Shown here piece after piece: positions 16,905-23,087 of a stretch of 32,000 nt of DNA (its first letter is position 1; every line of letters begins with the position of its first letter). The notes under the pieces are model-generated. The model ran no database searches. It was not told the DNA's origin and saw only the letters and a list, made by a program, of their open reading frames with translations. Source of the stretch: Pseudodesulfovibrio mercurii (GTDB taxonomy: Bacteria > Desulfobacterota > Desulfovibrionia > Desulfovibrionales > Desulfovibrionaceae); assembly GCF_000189295.2 (NCBI RefSeq), contig NC_016803.1, forward strand, positions 120,001-152,000. Reading direction: 5' to 3'. The translations under genes and the position numbers were made by a program.

Positions 16905-17738
16905 ATGAAAATACGCATTCAACTGGCACTTATCGTCATGACCGTATTCATTTTCGGCGCGATGGCTTCCACGGCAGAAGCCAGCGTAATTCGCACTGGG
17001 CTGTTTACCGCATCCACCCTTGCCGCAAACGATGATGGCTCGACAGGCGAGGTCGCCATCGGGTTCGACGTCAATTTCTTCGGCAACACCCTGAGCACGC
17101 TGTACGTGAACAACAACGGCAACGTGACCTTCGGTTCGCCCATGTCCACCTACACCCCCTCTGGCCTGTCCGGGGTCTCCAGACCCATAATCGCGCCCTT
17201 CTTCGCGGATGTGGACACCCGGGCCGGTAACGTGCTGACCTACGGCACCAACACGGTGAACGGGCACTCGGCCTTCGGCGTGGATTGGATCAACGTCGGC
17301 TATTTTGCCTACCATACCGACCTGCTGAACTCGTTCCAGCTGATCCTGATCGACCGCAGCGACATCGCCGCGGGTGATTTCGACATCGAATTCAACTACG
17401 ATCAGATTCAGTGGGAAACCGGCGACGCGTCCGGCGGTTCGGGCGGCGTGGGCGGAACGTCGGCCGCGGCCGGGTATTCCAACGGGCTGAGCGACGAAGA
17501 CCTGGTGTACTATCAGCTGGCCGGGTCCCTCGTGAACGGCGCCTTCCTGGACGGTGGCGTCAATGCCCTGGCGGAAAACAGCAATATCGGCGTCACCGGC
17601 CGCTACCTGTTCAACGTGCGCAACGGCGTCGTCATCGAGCCGCCGACCACGGTTCCCGAACCCTCGGCCTTCCTCCTGCTCGGCGCGGGCCTGTGCGGCC
17701 TGGTCGCCTTCGGCCGGAAGCGTTTCATCCGGAAGTAG
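16905..17738 (+). CDS. Secreted NIDO (nidogen-like) domain protein with a C-terminal PEP-CTERM sorting signal
   Basis: 277 aa with signal peptide MKIRIQLALIVMTVFIFGAMASTAEA. NIDO-like blocks: FFGNTLSTLYVNNNGNVTF, IIAPFFADVDTR, FGVDWINVGYF, NSFQLILIDRS and FDIEFNYDQIQWETGD. The C-terminus VPEPSAFLLLGAGLCGLVAFGRKRFIRK is PEP followed by a TM helix and a basic tail. Confidence 0.75.
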   Translation: MKIRIQLALIVMTVFIFGAMASTAEASVIRTGLFTASTLAANDDGSTGEVAIGFDVNFFGNTLSTLYVNNNGNVTFGSPMSTYTPSGLSGVSRPIIAPFFADVDTRAGNVLTYGTNTVNGHSAFGVDWINVGYFAYHTDLLNSFQLILIDRSDIAAGDFDIEFNYDQIQWETGDASGGSGGVGGTSAAAGYSNGLSDEDLVYYQLAGSLVNGAFLDGGVNALAENSNIGVTGRYLFNVRNGVVIEPPTTVPEPSAFLLLGAGLCGLVAFGRKRFIRK

Positions 17739-17767
17739 GCTGGAATCCGGTTATATCGCCTGTATGC

Positions 17768-17804
17768 AAGGCGCATCCCGCAGGGGGTGCGCCTTTTGCT
17801 TTTC
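17768..17804 (+). terminator. Hairpin with T-tracts after the NIDO/PEP-CTERM gene
   Basis: AAGGCGCA..CCC / GGG..TGCGCCTT forms an imperfect stem (17768-17795), followed by TTTTGCTTTT. Confidence 0.6.
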
Positions 17805-18069
17805 GGGCGGACGGCACGCACGTGGGCGGATTCCCGTTTCCGGTCGGCGAGGGGCGTCGGGCACGGTCCGTCAGGCGAGAAGGGCGGTTGTCCGGTCCGG
17901 CGCGGATGGCCTGACGAGCGCCCGGAACGCCTCAGCCCGAGCGGACGACGATCGGGCGGACGGTTCCAGCGACCGAAGGACGGACCTCGGTGGTCCGGTG
18001 AGCCTGCGCGGGCCGGGGGACGCGGCGGCGGTATGCGCCGTTCTACCCGGCTTCAGGCCGTCGCGGGGA

Positions 18070-18741
18070 TCAGTCGTTGAACGAGGTCTTGACCGTGGGG
18101 ACCATGCCCTCGTCCCTGGCCTGGAGCTGGGGAAGCATCTGGCGGACGCTGTCGGTGATGGGCAGGGTCCAGTTGTGGGCGGAGACCACGGTGGAGTCCA
18201 CCAGGCGGACGACGCGCGCGGTCATGTACACGTACCGGTCGGCGATGACGTAGGAGCCGGTCAGCCGGGCGGACCGGGGCGGCAGCTCGCGGGAGGAGCC
18301 GGCCAGCCCGGCGGCCTTCTCGTAGTCCGCGCCCTTGAGGCCGGAGGCGTAGGTGAAGTCCGTGGCGTTGGGGACGCCCTCGGTGATGTGCACCCCGTGC
18401 TGGACCAGGCGGTCGGCGATCTGCCGGGTCATGGTCTGGCCGAAGACCGACTTGTCGCCGGGGTCGTCCTGGTTGGTGAAGGGCGTGACGAACACGGCGG
18501 AGTTGAGGGTCAGCTCGTCGCTGGTCACGTTGGCGAAGAGGGTGTCGGCGGCCCGGTAGTTGAGTTCGATGATCGGCACGGACGCGGTCTCGTGGTAGGT
18601 CCGGGCCGTGGGCTCGGAGTCGAACACGTAGTTGAAGGTGTCCGTCGAGGCCTCCTTTGTGTCTTCCCACATGCGGTTGCCGCACCCCTGCGCGAAGAGC
18701 AGGAGGGTCGCCGTCAGTATGCTCAAGGCCGCTCTGTTCAT
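18070..18741 (-). CDS. Probable outer-membrane lipoprotein, FlgO-like (TolB-N/LpoB-like fold family)
   Basis: 223 aa with a signal and lipobox-like sequence, MNRAALSILTATLLLFAQG-C. NYRAADTLF...VFVTPFTNQDD...VFGQTMTRQIADRLVQHG...LTGSYVIADRYVYMTARVVRL resembles my recollection of FlgO-family proteins. The functional call is tentative. The coding call is solid. Confidence 0.45.
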   Translation of the reverse strand: MNRAALSILTATLLLFAQGCGNRMWEDTKEASTDTFNYVFDSEPTARTYHETASVPIIELNYRAADTLFANVTSDELTLNSAVFVTPFTNQDDPGDKSVFGQTMTRQIADRLVQHGVHITEGVPNATDFTYASGLKGADYEKAAGLAGSSRELPPRSARLTGSYVIADRYVYMTARVVRLVDSTVVSAHNWTLPITDSVRQMLPQLQARDEGMVPTVKTSFND

Positions 18742-18802
18742 GTCGTTGTCCCGGTCGTTGTTTTCGCCGTTGCCGTGCCTCGGGGCAGGAGGGCCCCGAA
18801 GC

Positions 18803-19642
18803 CTATTCGGCAGGTCGGCCCATTTCCTTTAGGATGGCCCGCAGGAGCCGGACCATGGCGGCCGAGGACTTCTCGGCCTGGGCGATGACCCATTCCAGGG
18901 GGGCCTCCTCCATGCAGTCCGGCAGGTTCTTGTTGGTCAGGCAGGACAGGCCCAGCACGCGGATGCCCATGTGATGGGCGGCGATGGCCTCCATGCAGGT
19001 GGACATGCCGATGGCGTCCGCGCCCATGATCCTGTACATGCGCGTCTCGGCCGGGGTCTCCATGTTCGGGCCCATGACCTGCATGAACACGCCGCGCTCC
19101 AGGCGGATGCCGAGTTCGAGCGCCTTGTCCACGGCGAGCCTGCGCAGGGTCGGGTCGTAGACCGCGCACATGTCCGGGAAGCGGTCGCCCCAGGCGTCCA
19201 CGTTCGGGCCGCGCAGGGGGGTCTGGCCGGTCAGGTTGATGTGGTCCTCAATGAGCATGGGGCAGCCCACCTCGAAGGAGGGATTGAGCGCGCCCACCGC
19301 GTTGGTCAGGACCAGGGTTTTGATGCCGAGTTCCCCGAGCACGCGGATGTTGTGGGTGACCTCCTGCGGGGTGAACCCCTCGTAGAGGTGGAAGCGGCCG
19401 TCCAGGGCCAGGACCGGGACGCCCTCGATGGTCCCGGATATGAGGCGGCCGGAGTGGCTTTTCACCGAGGAGACCGGGAAGTGGGGGATGTCCCCGTAGG
19501 GAATGACCACCGGGTCCTCGATGGCCCCGGTCAGGGGGCCCAAGCCTGTACCCGTTATAAATGCAACGGTACCAGCTTGAATTTTGTCTAGCTTTTCATG
19601 TATGTATGCGGCAGAATGCTGTATCTTACCATGGTATTCCAT
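18803..19642 (-). CDS. punA: Purine nucleoside phosphorylase (trimeric PNP-I / PunA type)
   Basis: 279 aa. ITGTGLG, HSGRLISG, LTNAVGALN, GPNMETPAE and GADAIGMSTCMEAIAA are the PNP/MTAP-family motifs. Confidence 0.9.
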   Translation of the reverse strand: MEYHGKIQHSAAYIHEKLDKIQAGTVAFITGTGLGPLTGAIEDPVVIPYGDIPHFPVSSVKSHSGRLISGTIEGVPVLALDGRFHLYEGFTPQEVTHNIRVLGELGIKTLVLTNAVGALNPSFEVGCPMLIEDHINLTGQTPLRGPNVDAWGDRFPDMCAVYDPTLRRLAVDKALELGIRLERGVFMQVMGPNMETPAETRMYRIMGADAIGMSTCMEAIAAHHMGIRVLGLSCLTNKNLPDCMEEAPLEWVIAQAEKSSAAMVRLLRAILKEMGRPAE

Positions 19643-19733
19643 GCAGGCTCCTTTGGCTTGGACGCGCCGTCGGGCGGGGGGAGATGGGTTTCGAGAACGG
19701 ACCGATCAGACACGTGAAGGATAGGCACGCTTT

Positions 19734-20489
19734 ATGGATATCGTGACGTTACTGGGTCTCGCCGTCGGCTTGTCGCTCATCATCGGGGCCATCATCATCG
19801 GCGGTGCAGTCGATGTTTTCATCAACGTTCCCGGCATGATGATCGTCGTCGGCGGAACACTCGCCTCCATCCTGGTGGCCTTTCCGTTCGAGGAGATCAT
19901 ACAGGCCTTCAAGGCCGCGTTCAAGATGTTCGTCGGGCGCAAGAGCCGGGTCCGTGACGTGGTCAACATCATGGTCAAGGTGGCCGAGATCAGCCGCCGC
20001 GAGGGGCTCATCGCCCTGGAGAACGTCCAGACCGAGAACATGGTCCTCAAGAAATCCTGCCAGCTCATCGCGGACAACGCGGACCCCGCGCTCATCCGCA
20101 CGACCCTGTCCATCGAGATCAACTCCATGCGCCGCCGCCACCAGGTGGCCCAGGACGTGTTCAAGCGGCTGGCGGCCCTGGCCCCGTCCTTCGGGATGAT
20201 GGGCACGCTCATCGGCCTGGTCCAGATGCTCTCCCAGCTGAGCGATCCCAAGGCCATCGGCCCGGCCATGGCCGTGGCCATCCTGACGACCTTCTACGGG
20301 TCGGCCATGTCCACGCTCTTCTTCATTCCCATCGCGGCCAAGCTCAAGGCGCGCACCCTCCAGGAACAGCTGCACCTGGAAGTCATCTTCGAGGGGGCCA
20401 AGTCCATCCTCGAGAACAACAACCCCCGCCTGGTCTATGAGAAGCTGTCCTCCTTCCTGGCCCCGGCGGAACGCGAGACCCAGCGATGA
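19734..20489 (+). CDS. motA: Flagellar motor stator protein MotA/PomA
   Basis: 251 aa, collinear with my memory of Vibrio PomA. Compare MDIVTLLGL.. with MDLATLLGL... Also APSFGMMGTLIGLVQMLSQLSDPKAIGPAMAVAILTTFYG and the NPRLV tail. Confidence 0.85.
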   Translation: MDIVTLLGLAVGLSLIIGAIIIGGAVDVFINVPGMMIVVGGTLASILVAFPFEEIIQAFKAAFKMFVGRKSRVRDVVNIMVKVAEISRREGLIALENVQTENMVLKKSCQLIADNADPALIRTTLSIEINSMRRRHQVAQDVFKRLAALAPSFGMMGTLIGLVQMLSQLSDPKAIGPAMAVAILTTFYGSAMSTLFFIPIAAKLKARTLQEQLHLEVIFEGAKSILENNNPRLVYEKLSSFLAPAERETQR

Positions 20490-21232
20490 GCGACGAATAC
20501 GACGACGACCTGCTCATCGACTTCGAGGAGGACGATTCGGAGGGCTCCGAGTGGTTGACGACCTTCGCCGACCTCTCCATGCTGCTGCTGGTCTTCTTCA
20601 TCCTGCTCTATTCCATGTCCACCCTGGACAATGAAAAGTTTTCCGAGACCTTTTCGTCGGTGACCAAGGCGTTGCAGGGCAAGATGGACAAGATTTCGAC
20701 CAGCCGGATCACCCGCGAGGAGGCCGGGGTGCTCCTGGACCAGGCCCTCATGCGCCGCCAGATCATCGAGTCCCAGCGCAAGGTCTTCGCCGAGGTCAAG
20801 ACCCTTCAGACCAAGAAGGGCGTGGAGGGGCTGGTCTCCGCCAACTTCGAGGACGGGGTCATCACCCTGCGCGTGCCCGGCGACGTCATGTTCCAGTCCG
20901 GGCAGGTGGAACTCACGCCCAAGGGGGCGCAACTGGTGGCCGACCTCAAGGATTTCTTCATCAAGCACAAGGACCAGAACATCAAGATCGTCGGCTACAC
21001 CGACAACGTCCGGCCGGGCGGCAATTCCCGGTTCAAGGACAACTGGGAGATTTCGGCCATGCGCGCGGTCAACGTTTTGCGCGAGCTGCTCAAGCTGGGG
21101 TTGGAATCCACCCGGCTGACGGCCACGGGCCTGGCCTATCTCAACCCGCTCTACCCGAACACCTCCGAGGAGTACCGGGCCAAGAACCGGCGGGTGGAGT
21201 TCATCCTGGAAAAGCGGGTCTCCGGCAAGTAG
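20486..21232 (+). CDS. motB: Flagellar motor stator protein MotB/PomB (OmpA-like peptidoglycan-binding C-terminus)
   Basis: The ATG overlaps the motA stop (ATGA). WLTTFADLSMLLLVFFILL holds the conserved channel Asp. The C-terminal GYTDNV...NWEISAMRAVNVLR...NRRVEFIL is an OmpA/MotB domain. Confidence 0.85.
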   Translation: MSDEYDDDLLIDFEEDDSEGSEWLTTFADLSMLLLVFFILLYSMSTLDNEKFSETFSSVTKALQGKMDKISTSRITREEAGVLLDQALMRRQIIESQRKVFAEVKTLQTKKGVEGLVSANFEDGVITLRVPGDVMFQSGQVELTPKGAQLVADLKDFFIKHKDQNIKIVGYTDNVRPGGNSRFKDNWEISAMRAVNVLRELLKLGLESTRLTATGLAYLNPLYPNTSEEYRAKNRRVEFILEKRVSGK

Positions 21233-21274
21233 GGCCGTGGGCGGTCGCCAATCATCTTTGGGGAAGGGGGAGTG

Positions 21275-21655
21275 ATGGATTTCAACATACAGTTGCCGGA
21301 TGAAGAGGAAAGGCTGCGCAAGGCCTTCCGTACCAGGGTTCCGGGCCTGACCGCCCGGTTTTCCGAGATCGGCCTCGTCCTCGATGTGTCCGACCTGAGC
21401 GCCACCGGCTTCGCTGTCATCGACAAGAACGGGCGGTTCACCGAGCGGGAGACCTACGACGTGGAGTTGCAGATCAAGGGCAGGCTGTTCCTCGGCGGGA
21501 CCAGGGCCATGTGCATGCGCGTGCGCGAAGACGGCATCGTGGGCCTGAACTTCACGGATCTCGAACGGCAGAAGCAGATCAAGCTCGACAAGCTGGTCCT
21601 CGAGGTGCAGAAAAGACTCATCGCCCTGCGCAAAAAAAAGCGCGAGCAAGGCTGA
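21275..21655 (+). CDS. Single-domain PilZ (c-di-GMP receptor) protein
   Basis: ORF 21272..21655. ATG at 21275 is preferred. It has RKAFR (RxxxR, residues 15-19) and DLSATG (DxSxxG, residues 40-45). There is a predicted beta-rich core and a basic C-terminal helix, KRLIALRKKKREQG. Confidence 0.75.
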   Translation: MDFNIQLPDEEERLRKAFRTRVPGLTARFSEIGLVLDVSDLSATGFAVIDKNGRFTERETYDVELQIKGRLFLGGTRAMCMRVREDGIVGLNFTDLERQKQIKLDKLVLEVQKRLIALRKKKREQG

Positions 21656-21657
21656 CC

Positions 21658-23085
21658 GTGCAAGGCAGAACCATCGACCGTCACAAGGTCCTCATAGCCA
21701 ACCGAGGCGAGATCGCCATGCGGGTCATGGGCGCGTGCACGCGCCTGGGGCTCGACTTCGTCTGCGTGTGCACGGCCGTCGACCGCGAGTCCGGCCACGT
21801 CCGCATGGCCCGCGAACTGGCCGGGGACGACGCGGTCTACACCATTACCTCCTATCTGGACGCCAACGAGATTTTTTCCGTGGCCGACGCGAGCGGGGCC
21901 ACGGCCGTGCATCCGGGCTACGGCTTCTTCGCCGAGGACTTCCGCTTTGCCCGGCGCGTGGTCCGGCGGGACCGGCCCATGGAGTTCATCGGGCCCAGCT
22001 GGTGGGTCATCCGCGACCTGGGCGACAAGATCAACACCAAGCGCATCGCCCGTTCCCTGAACGTGCCCACCGTGCCCGGCTCCGACCGGCCGGTGTACAG
22101 CGAGATCGAGGCCGACGAGATCGCCTCCTCCCTGTTCGAGTTCCAGGCCAGCCAGGGCATCGTGGACGGGGTGATCATGGTCAAGGCCTCGGCCGGCGGC
22201 GGGGGCATGGGCATCGAGGAGGTCGGCGACTTCAACGAGTTCCGCTCTGTCTTCCGGCGCATCCGCAACTACGCCAAACGCAATTTCGGAGACGAGGGCG
22301 TGCTCATCGAGCAGCGCATCTTCGACTTCAACCACCTGGAGGTCCAGGTGGTCTCCGGGCGGGGCGGCCAGCACCACGTGCACTTCGGCACGCGCAACTG
22401 TTCGGTCCAGTCCACGGGCAAACAGAAACGCATCGAGGTGGCTCCCGGCTTCGCCCCGGACGTGGTGGCCTACACCTTCGACGCCGCCAGGGTCCTGTCC
22501 GAGATCACCGACCACTCCCTGGCCATGGCCCGCGAGACCCGCTACGACAACGTGGGCACCTGGGAGTGGATCATCACCCCGCGCGGCGAGCCGTTCCTGA
22601 TGGAGGTCAACACCCGCATCCAGGTGGAAAACGGCGTGTCCGCGGTCATCTCCAGGGTCCACGGGGAGCCGGTGGACATCATCACCGAGCAGATCCGCCT
22701 GGCCCTGGGCGAGCCCCTACGCTACACCCAGGAGGACATCACCTTCGAGGGCGTGGGCATCGAGTACCGGCTGGTGGCCGAGAACACGGCCAAACGGTTC
22801 ACGCCCTGCGCCGGGACCATCACCCGGCTGGCCTGGCCCGAGCGCGAGTGGCTGCACGTCCACACCCACGTGCCCACGGACCGCCCCTACGAAATCCCCA
22901 TGGAGTACGACCCGAACCTGGCCCTGGCCATCGTCTGGGGCGCGGACCTGGCCGAGGCCAAGGCGCGCGGGCGGGAATTCCTGGACGGCCTGGTCCTGAA
23001 GGGACGGTGCGGCAACGCAACCAGCGAATTTTACAGCAACATCGAGTACCTGAAGGCCAAGACCGACAGGCTCCTGGAGTTCTGA
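21658..23085 (+). CDS. accC: Biotin carboxylase (ATP-grasp), divergent AccC-like
   Basis: Frame of ORF 21511..23085. The conserved N-terminus KVLIANRGEIAMRV forces a start at GTG 21658, 2 nt after the pilZ stop. KASAGGGGMGI compares with E. coli KASGGGGGRGM. The catalytic block EVNTRIQVE is retained, as is IEYRLVAEN. Confidence 0.85.
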   Translation: MQGRTIDRHKVLIANRGEIAMRVMGACTRLGLDFVCVCTAVDRESGHVRMARELAGDDAVYTITSYLDANEIFSVADASGATAVHPGYGFFAEDFRFARRVVRRDRPMEFIGPSWWVIRDLGDKINTKRIARSLNVPTVPGSDRPVYSEIEADEIASSLFEFQASQGIVDGVIMVKASAGGGGMGIEEVGDFNEFRSVFRRIRNYAKRNFGDEGVLIEQRIFDFNHLEVQVVSGRGGQHHVHFGTRNCSVQSTGKQKRIEVAPGFAPDVVAYTFDAARVLSEITDHSLAMARETRYDNVGTWEWIITPRGEPFLMEVNTRIQVENGVSAVISRVHGEPVDIITEQIRLALGEPLRYTQEDITFEGVGIEYRLVAENTAKRFTPCAGTITRLAWPEREWLHVHTHVPTDRPYEIPMEYDPNLALAIVWGADLAEAKARGREFLDGLVLKGRCGNATSEFYSNIEYLKAKTDRLLEF

Positions 23086-23087
23086 GC

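Noticed and set aside
17805-18069. 265-bp GC-rich gap between the convergent NIDO gene and the FlgO-like gene. It includes the 97-aa ORF 17787..18080(+).
   Set aside because: The ORF is an Arg/Gly/Pro-rich string with no RBS or motifs. No minus-strand ORF of 60 aa or more fits there, so there is no flgP candidate. I saw no RNA-gene hallmarks. It is probably plain spacer or decayed sequence.
19643-19733. FliA (sigma-28) promoter upstream of motA. CCGATCA at 19702-19708 resembles the GCCGATAA -10 element.
   Set aside because: There is no TAAA-like -35 element at the required ~15-nt spacing (the sequence there is GGGTTTCGAG). The evidence is insufficient.
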